Translations under genes and position numbers: made by a program
Notes under the pieces: model-generated
What the model saw: only the letters and a program-made list of their open reading frames with translations
Databases searched by the model: none
Told to the model about the DNA's origin: nothing
Part shown: piece after piece, positions 26,677 to 36,271 of the stretch
Position numbering within the stretch: position 1 is the first letter of the stretch
How the letters are laid out: the number at the start of each line of letters is the position of its first letter
Assembly (NCBI GenBank): GCA_964551945.1
Contig: CAZKFH010000004.1
Location: 30,435-94,434, forward strand
Direction: 5' to 3'
DNA length: 64,000 nt
Source: an uncultured Actinomycetes bacterium
GTDB lineage: Bacteria > Actinomycetota > UBA4738 > CALAEC01

Positions 26677-26765
26677 CCCTCCGCCCGCATTACCGGGGTC
26701 AGGTTCGCGGGTCGCCGGCGCTCCATCCGGCCTCTCAGCCCGGTTGCCCGAGCTCCCCGTCCGAA
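26677..26765 (-). promoter_or_regulatory. TPP (THI-box) riboswitch in the 5' leader of thiG-thiH-thiS-thiE
   Basis: Minus-strand RNA reads GGGGAGCUCGGGCAACCGGGCUGAGAGGCCGGAUGGAGCGCCGGCGACCCGCGAACCUGACCCCGGUAAUGCGGGCGGAGGGAAC followed by the thiG AUG. It contains the invariant CUGAGA, ACCUGA, GGUAAU-GC and GGGAA elements of the TPP aptamer. Confidence 0.8.
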
Positions 26766-26773
26766 GACTCAGT

Positions 26774-27526
26774 CTATCGCCGGGGGATCGATTCCATCGA
26801 TCGAGCCACCCGCCGCTCCCGCCGGAACCTCTTCCAGTCGCTCTTCTTCGTCGAGAAGAGGATGTCGGTCAGGATCTGCACGACGCCGATCGCGAGGATC
26901 GCCCACAACGACCACGAGGGGAACAGGTCGTACCCCGCCGCCCGATGCGGCAGGTAAACGGCAACGAAGACCGCGAAGGGCGCGATCTTCGAGACGATCG
27001 CTCCGCTCGCATGCATCCAGGCTCGGGCGCCCGGCGTGGTTCGCAGGTAGCTCGCGTAGTCGATCTTCAGCCCCGGGGTGAGCAGGGGTTTCTTCAGGAA
27101 GTACGCGGTGAACCTGATCCCGACCATCCTGCCCACAACCCAGTGAGCGAGGTCGTGCGCGGTGACCGAGAGGCCTCCGGCAGCCGCCACCGCTATGAGA
27201 CCGGGCAGGAGCTGCTCGCCGGCACCAGACGCATCACGCCCAAGCCCGATCGCCACAAAAAGCAGCGCCTTTAGGATCGCCGACCCGAGCAACAGGATGG
27301 AGTTCCCCAGCCAGACGGGGAACAGGGGGCGGACGCGGGCCCGGAGGGCCTTCTGGTCGATCCGGCCCACCACGTCGGCCCAGTGCTCGGCCAGGCGAGG
27401 CTCGAGCTTCACCTGGCGGACCAGCCGCCAGAACCCCAGGGCAGAAAGGTCCGTGTTCCCCTTGTCGATCTCGGCCTCGATGCGGGAGAAGGCTGCCTGG
27501 TACTCCTCCTCGGGCTGTGAGCTCAC
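26774..27526 (-). CDS. Hypothetical integral membrane protein
   Basis: 250 aa; soluble N-terminal ~70 aa then 5-6 hydrophobic helices; no recognised motif. Confidence 0.5.
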   Translation of the reverse strand: MSSQPEEEYQAAFSRIEAEIDKGNTDLSALGFWRLVRQVKLEPRLAEHWADVVGRIDQKALRARVRPLFPVWLGNSILLLGSAILKALLFVAIGLGRDASGAGEQLLPGLIAVAAAGGLSVTAHDLAHWVVGRMVGIRFTAYFLKKPLLTPGLKIDYASYLRTTPGARAWMHASGAIVSKIAPFAVFVAVYLPHRAAGYDLFPSWSLWAILAIGVVQILTDILFSTKKSDWKRFRRERRVARSMESIPRR

Positions 27527-27603
27527 CCGGATATTCTCGCCGGTTCCGTGTTCCTATGGAGGACCGCACCTAGAATGGATTTCGGGCCCAGTTCCCCCCA
27601 AAG

Positions 27604-29430
27604 ATGATCGAAACGAGTATCGACGGTCGCTACCAGATCATCGCCCGGATCGCCGCAGGCGGTATGGGCGAGGTCTTCCGCGCGCACGACCCCGTGCTGG
27701 ATCGCGAGGTCGCGCTGAAGATGCTGCACACCTCCCTCGCCGACGACCCTTCGTTCATCGATCGGTTCCGTCGAGAGGCCCGCTCGGCGGCCACGCTCAG
27801 CCACCCCAACATCGTGGGCGTGCACGACTGGGGCGAGACCCAGGGGACCTACTTCATGGTCATGGAGTTCGTGCGCGGGGTGAACCTGCGCGCGATCCTG
27901 ATGCGCCACGGCGCCCTGCAGCCGGGGAACGCGGTCCAGGTCGTCTCCGATGTGCTCAGCGCGCTGGAGCACGCGCACGCGCAGGGCATCGTCCACCGAG
28001 ACATCAAGCCCGAGAACATCATGGTTCGCGCGTCCGACGGCGCCATCAAGGTCGCCGACTTCGGCCTCGCGCGGGCGTTCGCCGACTCCCGCGTCAGCCA
28101 GGCACCGGGGACCGTGACCGGGACCGTTCAGTACCTGGCCCCCGAGCAGATCGAGGGCATGCCCGCCGACCCGCGGACCGACCTGTATGCGACGGGCATC
28201 GTGCTTTACGAGCTCCTCACCGGCGAGGTGCCGTTCACCGGCGAGACGTCGATGGCGATCGCGTGGCGTCATCTCCGAGAGCGCGTGGGTCCGCCGTCAC
28301 GCTCGAACCCGATCGTTCCCGTCTCGCTCGATCGCGTCGTGTTGAACGCGACCGAGCGGGACCGAGACCGCCGGACGAAGGAAGCGGGGTCGATGCGAGC
28401 CGATCTCGCCCGCGCGGATGCCGAGCTCCCCCCCGCCCCCCCGATGTCCGAGCTGGCCTCGGGCGTCACTCCCGCGGACGAGGTGCCGGCGGACCGGCTC
28501 GCCACCGTCACGATCCCGCGCACGCTCTCGCCGAAGGAGCGGAGGCGCCAGCGCTTCGCGAAGGCGTTCCGGTGGATCTCGCTCCTGACGGTGCTTGCGG
28601 TCGTGGGCTGGGCCGTGTGGACCTTCGTGATCCCCCACCCGACCACCGTTCCCGACCTCGTCGGCGATCCCCTTGCCCGCGCGGAGCTCGAGGCGGGTGA
28701 GGCGGACCTGGAGCTGGTGCGCCGGCAGGAGTTCAACTCCGACGTCCCGAGCGGCCAGGTGATCAGCCAGAGTCTGCAGCCCGGGAGCGAGGCGGAGAAG
28801 GGCGACAACCTGACCGTGGTCCTCTCCCTCGGCCCCGAGCTCGCGGCAGTGCCTTCCGTGAGCGGCCTGATGCTCGATGAGGCGACCAAGAGGATCGAGA
28901 ATGCTCGGTTCCAGGTGAGGGTGGAGCGTCAGTATCACGACGCGATCGCGGAGGATCACGTCATCTCGCAGAGCCCCGACGGCGCGAGCGACCTCGAGGT
29001 CGGCAAGACGGTCCGGCTGACGGTGAGCAAGGGACCCGAGCCGTTCCCGGTGCCGAACCTCGCGGGCCAGACCGAGCAGCAGGCCAAGGACGCCCTCATT
29101 GGCCTGGGGCTGAGGGTCGTCGGCGTCGTCCGCGATTACTCGACCGTGCCCCTGGGTGAGGTCATCAGAACCGAACCGGCCGCGGGAGCGAGCGTCGAGC
29201 CGAAAACATCAGTCACGATCCACGTCTCGAAGGGGCCCCGAACGTTCGCCATGCCGAGCCTGATTGGTAAACCCAGCGCAGAGGCCATCGCCCAGCTCGA
29301 GGCACTGGATCTGGTCGTCGACGCGCAGCAGGTGCCTGGCTCCGATGGAGACGCCGTCGTGGGACAGGACCCCAAGGCGGGCGAGACCGTCCAGCAAGGC
29401 GAGACGGTCGAGATCTACATCGGCGGCTGA
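27604..29430 (+). CDS. pknB: Ser/Thr protein kinase with C-terminal PASTA repeats (PknB-like)
   Basis: Hanks kinase motifs (GGMGEVF, VALKM, HRDIKPENIM, DFGLA, APE), one TM segment, then 3-4 PASTA repeats. Confidence 0.85.
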   Translation: MIETSIDGRYQIIARIAAGGMGEVFRAHDPVLDREVALKMLHTSLADDPSFIDRFRREARSAATLSHPNIVGVHDWGETQGTYFMVMEFVRGVNLRAILMRHGALQPGNAVQVVSDVLSALEHAHAQGIVHRDIKPENIMVRASDGAIKVADFGLARAFADSRVSQAPGTVTGTVQYLAPEQIEGMPADPRTDLYATGIVLYELLTGEVPFTGETSMAIAWRHLRERVGPPSRSNPIVPVSLDRVVLNATERDRDRRTKEAGSMRADLARADAELPPAPPMSELASGVTPADEVPADRLATVTIPRTLSPKERRRQRFAKAFRWISLLTVLAVVGWAVWTFVIPHPTTVPDLVGDPLARAELEAGEADLELVRRQEFNSDVPSGQVISQSLQPGSEAEKGDNLTVVLSLGPELAAVPSVSGLMLDEATKRIENARFQVRVERQYHDAIAEDHVISQSPDGASDLEVGKTVRLTVSKGPEPFPVPNLAGQTEQQAKDALIGLGLRVVGVVRDYSTVPLGEVIRTEPAAGASVEPKTSVTIHVSKGPRTFAMPSLIGKPSAEAIAQLEALDLVVDAQQVPGSDGDAVVGQDPKAGETVQQGETVEIYIGG

Positions 29431-29936
29431 TGGCCCAGTCGCGGGGCGGCGGGGGCCAAAAGGACGAGTCGAAGGACGAGCAGCTCGACCGCGAGCTGAT
29501 CGAGCTCCTCAACGAGCTTCGGGTCGCGCTCCCCGGCGTGCAGGTACTGTTCGCATTCCTGCTGACGGTGCCCTTCAGCCAGGGCTTCACCACCCTGACG
29601 GAGTTCCAGCGGAACGCCTATTTCACGACGTTCATATGCGCTGCGTTCGCGCCGGTATTCCTGATCGCACCGACCGCGTACCATCGCCTGCGGTTCCGCG
29701 ACAAGGACAAGGAGCGGCTGATCACCACCGCCACGAAGCTATCGATCACCGGCACGATCTTCCTTGCACTGGCCATCACCGGCACGGTCTTCGTGATCAC
29801 CCACGTGCTGTTCAACAGCGGCGCGGCGGCGCTGACGGCGGGGATCCTGTTCGGAGCGCTGGCGTGGTTCTGGTACGGCCTCCCGCTCACGCGAAAGATG
29901 CGGGACGAGCGGTCCGGACGAAGCTCGAAGCGCTAA
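29430..29936 (+). CDS. Conserved hypothetical membrane protein (DUF6328-like)
   Basis: 168 aa; charged N-terminus then 3 TM helices; ATGA overlap with the kinase gene. Confidence 0.45.
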   Translation: MAQSRGGGGQKDESKDEQLDRELIELLNELRVALPGVQVLFAFLLTVPFSQGFTTLTEFQRNAYFTTFICAAFAPVFLIAPTAYHRLRFRDKDKERLITTATKLSITGTIFLALAITGTVFVITHVLFNSGAAALTAGILFGALAWFWYGLPLTRKMRDERSGRSSKR

Positions 29937-30958
29937 GCGGCAGCGATCCGCTTCCAGGCCGCGATCGCTTGGTCGATGTCCGCGGTCGAGACGTCCTTGT
30001 GGGTCAGCATCCGCACCTTGCCTGCGACGAGCGTCGCCAGAATGCCCTCGGCATGGAGCCGCTCGACCATCTCGACCGCCGACAGGCCGAGCGGTGACGG
30101 ATCCGCGAAGACGATGTTCGTCTCGATCTGCGAGGGATCGAGGGCGCCCGGGACGGCTTCCGCCACTCCCTCCGCCAGCCGCCGCGCGTTCGCGTGGTCC
30201 TCGTGCAGACGGCCGGGTCCCTCATCGAGCGCTACGTGCGCGGCGGCGGCGATCACGCCGGCCTGACGCCAGCCACCCGTGAGCTGCACACGCACGCGCC
30301 TCGCCTCCTCGATGAAATCGGCGGGCCCGCACAGGATCGAACCGATCGGTGCGCCGAGACCCTTCGAGAAGCAGAACATCATCGCGTCGACCTCGGACGC
30401 GTACTCGCTCACATCGACTCCCGAGGCGGCGCACGCGTTGAAGATTCGGGCCCCATCCATGTACAGGGGCAGACCGGCATCCGCGGCAACCTTGTGGATC
30501 TCGCGCAGGGTCTCGAGCGGAAGCACGGTCCCGCCTCCGACCTGGTGCGTGTTCTCGACCGCGACCAGGTCCACGACCCGCAGGCCCAGCGCGTCCGGCT
30601 CGATCGCCTCCTCAACCTGGTCGGCAGTCACGCGGCCGCGGTCACCGACGATCGGACGGTAGGTGACGCCGGAGAGCGTCGCCGCGCTGATCTTCTCGAC
30701 GGTGATGACGTGGGCCGTCGCTTCCGCGACCACCTCGTGCCCCTGATGGCAGAGCACGCGGAGCGCCGTCTGGTTCGCCATGGTGCCGGTCACTGTGTAC
30801 AGGGCCGCTCCCTTGCCCGTCAGCTCCGCGACCCGCTCCTGGAGGCTGTTGACGGTCGGGTCGTCGCCGAAGATGTCGTCGCCGACCTCCGCGTCGGCCA
30901 TCGCCTTGCGCATTGCGGGGCTGGGCCTGGTGACGGTGTCCGAGCGAAGATCGATCAC
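29933..30958 (-). CDS. ltaE: Low-specificity L-threonine aldolase
   Basis: 341 aa beginning [11 protein letters not shown]; PLP fold-type I with [13 protein letters not shown] lysine region typical of threonine aldolases. Confidence 0.8.
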   Translation of the reverse strand: MIDLRSDTVTRPSPAMRKAMADAEVGDDIFGDDPTVNSLQERVAELTGKGAALYTVTGTMANQTALRVLCHQGHEVVAEATAHVITVEKISAATLSGVTYRPIVGDRGRVTADQVEEAIEPDALGLRVVDLVAVENTHQVGGGTVLPLETLREIHKVAADAGLPLYMDGARIFNACAASGVDVSEYASEVDAMMFCFSKGLGAPIGSILCGPADFIEEARRVRVQLTGGWRQAGVIAAAAHVALDEGPGRLHEDHANARRLAEGVAEAVPGALDPSQIETNIVFADPSPLGLSAVEMVERLHAEGILATLVAGKVRMLTHKDVSTADIDQAIAAWKRIAAA

Positions 30959-30980
30959 GAGGCGAGTGTAGCGGTCGACG

Positions 30981-33773
30981 CTAGGGGCGTTCGCCGGGCA
31001 GGAGCGGGATGTCCTCGGTCCACTCGACGCCGGGGTAGACCGGCACGAAGTCGGAGTCCGCTCCCAATGCGCGCATCCGCCGCGCCGCTGCCCGAGGAGC
31101 GTCGTCGGTCAGGTTCGACCACAGCACCGACTGGGCTATCAGCACCCACTCGCGCTCCGCGTCCTGCCGCGAGAACGGGTTCGTCGCGAAGCCGAGGTAG
31201 CGGCTATCGACGGTCGTCATCCCGTGCACGATCACCGGGGCGTTGTTCGCCGCAGCCCCCCTGTCCCTCCACAGACCCGCGACGAACCCGGGCGAAGGCC
31301 CGTGCGGAGGGGGACCGACCATGTTGTCGTGGTAACGCCCGTCGATCACGGAACCCTCCGGAGTCGCGGTGAAGTACGTAACGTTCTGCGGCAGATAGAG
31401 GAAGTCGGACATCGGGTAGCCGCCGGTCACGGGGCTGCCGGCACCGCCGACGTTGTTCCACACGGCGATGCCTCCGTACGCGGTCTGACTCCCCTGGGTG
31501 AAGCTCCCTCCCACAAGACCGCCGCCGGTCAGGAAGGCGAAGTTGGCCGCATTCTGACTCGTGGCGATGTAGCCGCCGCCGCGCTGGAAGAACGCGCGCA
31601 ACCGATCCTGGGCGGTGCTGTTCGTCGGCCAGGCCTGGCCGGTGTTGTAGATGACGTCATAGCTCAGGAGCGGGTCCGTCGGCGCGTTCTGGAGCGACTG
31701 ATCCCCGGTCGAGACCGAGACGAACCCGACGTCCGGACCGAAGATCGCCCTCAGGGACTCCGACGTATCGGTCCGTCCGGGGGTCGCGCTGTTGACGAGG
31801 ATGGCGACCTTCGGGGCCTCCTTGAGAGCCGTGGTCCGCGGCTTCTTGCGGACGTGCCTCGAGATCCTCAACCCCGCCTGGGCCGATGCTCTCTTCAGGA
31901 CCTTCACCGTCTTCCGGTTGCCACGGAAGATGACGGTGCCCGCCGGCATGATCTTCTTCTTCTTCCTGAAGCTCTCCTCGGCGATCCTCGCTTTGACTCC
32001 CTTCCGAAGCGCGTCCAGGATCGCGCGGAACTCGGAGACGCCGCGGAGGGTGACCGCGTACCACGCACGCCGTGCGCCCGGCTGGCGCCGGCGCAGCTTG
32101 CTCCCCTTGAGCCGGTTCGTCGCATCGATCTGGCTCGTCTTGGGCCTGAACGTCCCGTCGCCGCGAGGGATCTCGACGACGTCGGCGCCCCAGAGGAGGC
32201 CGTGGCTCCAGGCTGCGGGCGGAGCGTAGAGCTGGGTGATCCTGGTCGAGATGTCCTGGCCCGCGCTCAGCGCGGTCAGCGCGAGCCCGCGCAGAGCCTG
32301 ATCCATCCAGACGACGTAAGAGCTCTTGGAGAACGTCCTGCCCTGCCACTTCAGCTTCCGGGTCATGCTCGTGACCTCGATGCCGTTGTCCAGGAGCCAC
32401 TGGGCCATGCGATTGGCTTCGGCATCGCTGCGCTGCCCGCCTCCCTGCGGGATGACGTATGCGGTGGGGTACTCGATCATCCAGTTGTGCTGGTCCTCCG
32501 TGAACCCCCGTGACGCGATCTCACTGTCCGTACAGCAGTTCGTGCGCGCCTCATCCTCGACGCCGCGGCGGAACGTCTCGAGCTGCGCGTTCATCATGTC
32601 GCTCTTGTTCGCCAGCCAGAAGTCCGCCGAGGAGTAGAAGCCGACATACTGCGCGATCTTGCTCCCGAGGCGGCCCGCGCACGTCATGCACATCTCGAGC
32701 GTGGAGCTGTCCACGCCGTAGAACGCCATGAACGTCTGGGTGTAGAACGGCCCCCAGTCGTCCCATCCCTCCGCGGTGGAGGGGTCTCCCGGCGGAGTGC
32801 CGGTCTCGCCCCACTGGTTCACGGGTCGCGTGATCCCCATTCCGACATCGAGGTACGCCTGCTCGTTCGCGTCGAGACGTCGCTGGTTCCAGTAGAGGAA
32901 CGTGTCGTACTCGAGCCCCGGGTTGTGCGGCTTCGTTGTCCCGTCGACGAGGGTCGGCTCGACGTAGCCGTGCATGTCGAGCCCGGCTGTGGCGAGCCAC
33001 TCCAGCTGGAACCTCGCTGAGACCCGGACCTCCGCCTGTGACTGCACGAGCCAGTCGCGGTTCATGTCGAAGCCGTTCCCGTTCGCGCGCGTGCCGGCAA
33101 GCCGACCGTCCGGATTCTCCATGGGGACCACGATGAGGAACGCGTTGTCGAGGAATCGGTCGACGAGAGCGTCCTGGCCGCGCGGGAGCGTGACGAGGTC
33201 GCGGATCACCTGCATGATCGCGTCGGTCCCCTCCTCCTCGTTCCCGTGGATGTTGGCCTGGATGAAGATGGGCATCTTCACGTCGTCGCCGAACGATGCG
33301 AGAAGCGTCTGGGCCCTCGCGGGATCGGTGAGCTCGATCTCGCGGATCTGCTGCCAGCGCTCGTAGTCGCGCCGCTGCTCGGCCGTCTCGAGGGCGTTCA
33401 CGATCACCCCATAGACGTCAAGGCCTCCGGCCGACTTTCCGAGCACGAAGTGGTCCATGCGATCCGGCACGCCGGCGGCCACGGCCTCCGCCTCGAACTT
33501 CTCGAGAGTGCAGCCAACCGCTTCCTGGGGGATCAGTGCCAGCGGCGCGGTCTGCTGGGTCGCGATGCTCGTACCGGCGGCCGGCGGAGCGCACCACGCC
33601 TCGCCGTAGGTCGGCCCGAGACCGGGGGAGATCGGCTCACCGTTCCAGGGCGCTGCGAGGAGTGGGTTCGGGATCTGCGCGGGGGCCGGCGATGCCAGGA
33701 GAGACGCTGCGATCGACAGCGACACCGCGATCCCCACGAATGCCTTGGTCGGGGTACCGAGTACGGGCTTCAA
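30981..33773 (-). CDS. Secreted M14-family zinc carboxypeptidase with a large C-terminal extension
   Basis: 3' part of listed 983-aa ORF; TTG start 33773 inside an in-frame AGGAGG. Signal peptide (AFVGIAVSLSIAASLLASPAPA); M14 zinc-binding motifs (IQANIHGNEEEGTDA, PMENPDG, NGNGFDMNRDW). Confidence 0.7.
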   Translation of the reverse strand: MKPVLGTPTKAFVGIAVSLSIAASLLASPAPAQIPNPLLAAPWNGEPISPGLGPTYGEAWCAPPAAGTSIATQQTAPLALIPQEAVGCTLEKFEAEAVAAGVPDRMDHFVLGKSAGGLDVYGVIVNALETAEQRRDYERWQQIREIELTDPARAQTLLASFGDDVKMPIFIQANIHGNEEEGTDAIMQVIRDLVTLPRGQDALVDRFLDNAFLIVVPMENPDGRLAGTRANGNGFDMNRDWLVQSQAEVRVSARFQLEWLATAGLDMHGYVEPTLVDGTTKPHNPGLEYDTFLYWNQRRLDANEQAYLDVGMGITRPVNQWGETGTPPGDPSTAEGWDDWGPFYTQTFMAFYGVDSSTLEMCMTCAGRLGSKIAQYVGFYSSADFWLANKSDMMNAQLETFRRGVEDEARTNCCTDSEIASRGFTEDQHNWMIEYPTAYVIPQGGGQRSDAEANRMAQWLLDNGIEVTSMTRKLKWQGRTFSKSSYVVWMDQALRGLALTALSAGQDISTRITQLYAPPAAWSHGLLWGADVVEIPRGDGTFRPKTSQIDATNRLKGSKLRRRQPGARRAWYAVTLRGVSEFRAILDALRKGVKARIAEESFRKKKKIMPAGTVIFRGNRKTVKVLKRASAQAGLRISRHVRKKPRTTALKEAPKVAILVNSATPGRTDTSESLRAIFGPDVGFVSVSTGDQSLQNAPTDPLLSYDVIYNTGQAWPTNSTAQDRLRAFFQRGGGYIATSQNAANFAFLTGGGLVGGSFTQGSQTAYGGIAVWNNVGGAGSPVTGGYPMSDFLYLPQNVTYFTATPEGSVIDGRYHDNMVGPPPHGPSPGFVAGLWRDRGAAANNAPVIVHGMTTVDSRYLGFATNPFSRQDAEREWVLIAQSVLWSNLTDDAPRAAARRMRALGADSDFVPVYPGVEWTEDIPLLPGERP

Positions 33774-33834
33774 GGAGTTCTGCCTCCTGCGTGGACCCTC
33801 GGGCAGGGCCTCACAAAAAGTATAGCGACGCTCG

Positions 33835-35121
33835 CTATCCGGCGAGGTACGCGTAGCGGTCGCGGAACTGGTCGGGGGTGATCCCGGCGGCCTCGGCGAT
33901 CGGCGCGAGCTTTTCGGGATCCCGCAGATCATCCGGATCCAGACGGATCATGTACTCGCGAGCCGTCCGGTACGACATGCTGCTCGTGTCGACCTCCCGC
34001 GTGCGGACACGACCGGTTTCGGGATCCGAGAACGCCCCGAACGGCAGGGGCTCGAGGTGTCCCTCCTGGATCGTGATCATCGCGCCGGGCTCATCGGACT
34101 TCGTCTCGAACAGCCCGCGGAGGTAGTCCACGGCTCCGTAGCCGAGGTCCCGCGTGTACTCGATGTCGAACGGGATCGGTGGTGCGCACCGGAGCTCGTA
34201 GCCGATGCTTTTGCCCTCGATCGTCACCTTCTGGCCGCGTGACTTGAAGCGATCTTTCACCAGCTTGGCCAGGACGCGGTGCAGCTCGAGCTCCGCGAGA
34301 CGGATGTGCCCGTGCTCGTCGCGTTCGACGTCCGGCATCGCCTTCGCCAGGTCGTCCTGCGTGAGACGAAGCGCGATCCCTTCCGACAGGATCGCGACAC
34401 CGAACGGCCTACCGTGCGCGATGCGCTTGAGCATCGAGGTCTCCAGGATGTCCACGAGGTGATCGAGGCGAACGGGCCGGTCGTGCGGGAACTCCTCGCC
34501 GATGATCGTGACGGTGGCCCCCGCGGCCTTGCCGATCCCCAGCGCGAGATGTCCCGCCTCGCGCCCCATCGCCACGACGAAATACCACCGGTGGGTCGTG
34601 ATCGCGTCGGTCATCAGGTTGATGACGAGCCCCACCCCGACGTGACGCGCCGTCTGAAAGCCGAACGTGGGCATACCTCCGGGCAGGGGAAGGTCGTTGT
34701 CGATCGTCTTGGGGACGTGGGCGACGCGGATCGCCCCGCGTGCAGCCTTCGCCACCTGTGACGCGGAGAACGCCGTGTCGTCGCCACCGATCGTCACCAG
34801 CGCCTGAACACCAAGATCCGTCAGGGCTTTCACCGTGTTCGTCATGCGCCAGTCGGGATCGGCAGCATCATCATCTCGGACGGTGGGGTTGGCGCGAGAC
34901 GTCCGGATGATCGAGCCACCCTGGACGTGGATCCGGGATACGTCCGTGATCGCGAGCGGCTCGACGCGATCGGTGGCGCCCTTGATGAGGTGCTCGAACC
35001 CATCGAGGATCCCGAGCACCTCCCAGCCAGAGTTGACGGCCTCGATCGTGGCCGCCGAGATGACCGAGTTCATACCCGGGGCCGGTCCGCCCCCGCACAG
35101 GATCGCGATCCGTCGCCCCAC
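33835..35121 (-). CDS. pfkA: 6-phosphofructokinase (PPi- or ATP-dependent, group III Pfk)
   Basis: 428 aa; PFK motifs (ILCGGGPAPGMN, GGDDT, VPKTIDNDL, MGR.AG). Confidence 0.85.
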   Translation of the reverse strand: MGRRIAILCGGGPAPGMNSVISAATIEAVNSGWEVLGILDGFEHLIKGATDRVEPLAITDVSRIHVQGGSIIRTSRANPTVRDDDAADPDWRMTNTVKALTDLGVQALVTIGGDDTAFSASQVAKAARGAIRVAHVPKTIDNDLPLPGGMPTFGFQTARHVGVGLVINLMTDAITTHRWYFVVAMGREAGHLALGIGKAAGATVTIIGEEFPHDRPVRLDHLVDILETSMLKRIAHGRPFGVAILSEGIALRLTQDDLAKAMPDVERDEHGHIRLAELELHRVLAKLVKDRFKSRGQKVTIEGKSIGYELRCAPPIPFDIEYTRDLGYGAVDYLRGLFETKSDEPGAMITIQEGHLEPLPFGAFSDPETGRVRTREVDTSSMSYRTAREYMIRLDPDDLRDPEKLAPIAEAAGITPDQFRDRYAYLAG

Positions 35122-35213
35122 GCGGCCATTCTAGGTTGCCCCCCCAAAGTCCAGAAATAGGCGCTCAAGACCGATAGAAAGGGGCGACCCCCCGTTCCCG
35201 AGAAAGGCGGAGC

Positions 35214-36239
35214 GTGCGCTCGAGACTGATCGTGGTTGTTGTGCTGCTGCTGGTCGCGGCGCCCGCCGGCGCCCAGATGTCCTCGGACGACCTCGATCAG
35301 GCTCAAGAGGACCGCTCCTGGGCACAGGCGGAGATCCAGGCCATCTCCCAGGACTTCGACGCGCTCGCCAGTCGGTACGCGAAAGTCCAGGCGGAAGCCG
35401 ATCTCGCCGCCGCTCGGCTGGTCGACGCCCTGCTGACGGAGAGCGAGCTCCAGGCCGCGGCGGTCCAGGCCAGGGCGCTGCTCGACGGTCGCGCCAACGC
35501 CATCTACCGAGCCGGCCCCGCCGCCTTCATGGACGTGCTGCTGGGCTCCTCGAGCCCCGGCGACATGCTCGCCAGGCAGGAGATGATCGAGCGGGCGCTG
35601 GATCAAGGCATCGACGAAGCTATCGCGGCCGTGGACGCGCGGAGAGAGGCCGGCGATCTGATCCGCGAGATGGAAGAGGCTCGTACTGAGCTGGTCCGGC
35701 ACCAAACACGGTTGTCGGAGATCCGGTACGTGATGGAGATCCGCCTCGCGGAGGCGGAGTCCACGCTCGAGACCGCGGACCGTCGGATCGCTGAGCTCGA
35801 ACGCCAGCGCCGAGAGCTGAGCGACGCGGTCGCGCTCGAGGATCATTACCTCAGTCTGATCGAGGTCGACGGCGAGCTCGCCGAGCTGCTCGAGATGCTC
35901 GGCCCTACCGGTGGCCAGGGGTGCGAGATCCCACCGGCGCTCGAGACGACCGGTCAGGTCTTCGCCGGGGAGTCGTCCTTCTACGGCGAGGAGTTCGCGG
36001 GCAACCCGACCGCGATCGGCCACATCTTCAATCCGGCCCTGTTCACGGCGGCCCACCGCACGCTGCCACTCCCCTCGTTCCTTCATGTTCGCTACGGCGA
36101 CCGCTGTGCGACGGTGCTCGTCAACGACCGCGGCCCCTACGTGGATGGCCGGATCCTCGACCTGTCCGAGGGGGCAGCGATGTACCTCGGCCTGCCGGGC
36201 GTCGGCGACGTTCGCTGCGAGATCCTGAAGCCCGCGTAG
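35214..36239 (+). CDS. Secreted coiled-coil protein with C-terminal RlpA-like double-psi beta-barrel domain
   Basis: GTG start after AAAGGCGGAG; signal peptide; long coiled coil; C-terminal GESSFYGEEFAGNPTAIGHIFNP...HRTLPLPS...V.NDRGPYVDGRILDLS (DPBB/RlpA signature). Confidence 0.7.
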   Translation: MRSRLIVVVVLLLVAAPAGAQMSSDDLDQAQEDRSWAQAEIQAISQDFDALASRYAKVQAEADLAAARLVDALLTESELQAAAVQARALLDGRANAIYRAGPAAFMDVLLGSSSPGDMLARQEMIERALDQGIDEAIAAVDARREAGDLIREMEEARTELVRHQTRLSEIRYVMEIRLAEAESTLETADRRIAELERQRRELSDAVALEDHYLSLIEVDGELAELLEMLGPTGGQGCEIPPALETTGQVFAGESSFYGEEFAGNPTAIGHIFNPALFTAAHRTLPLPSFLHVRYGDRCATVLVNDRGPYVDGRILDLSEGAAMYLGLPGVGDVRCEILKPA

Positions 36240-36271
36240 CGCCACGGCGTTCCGGTCGGTAGCCTCGTCAC

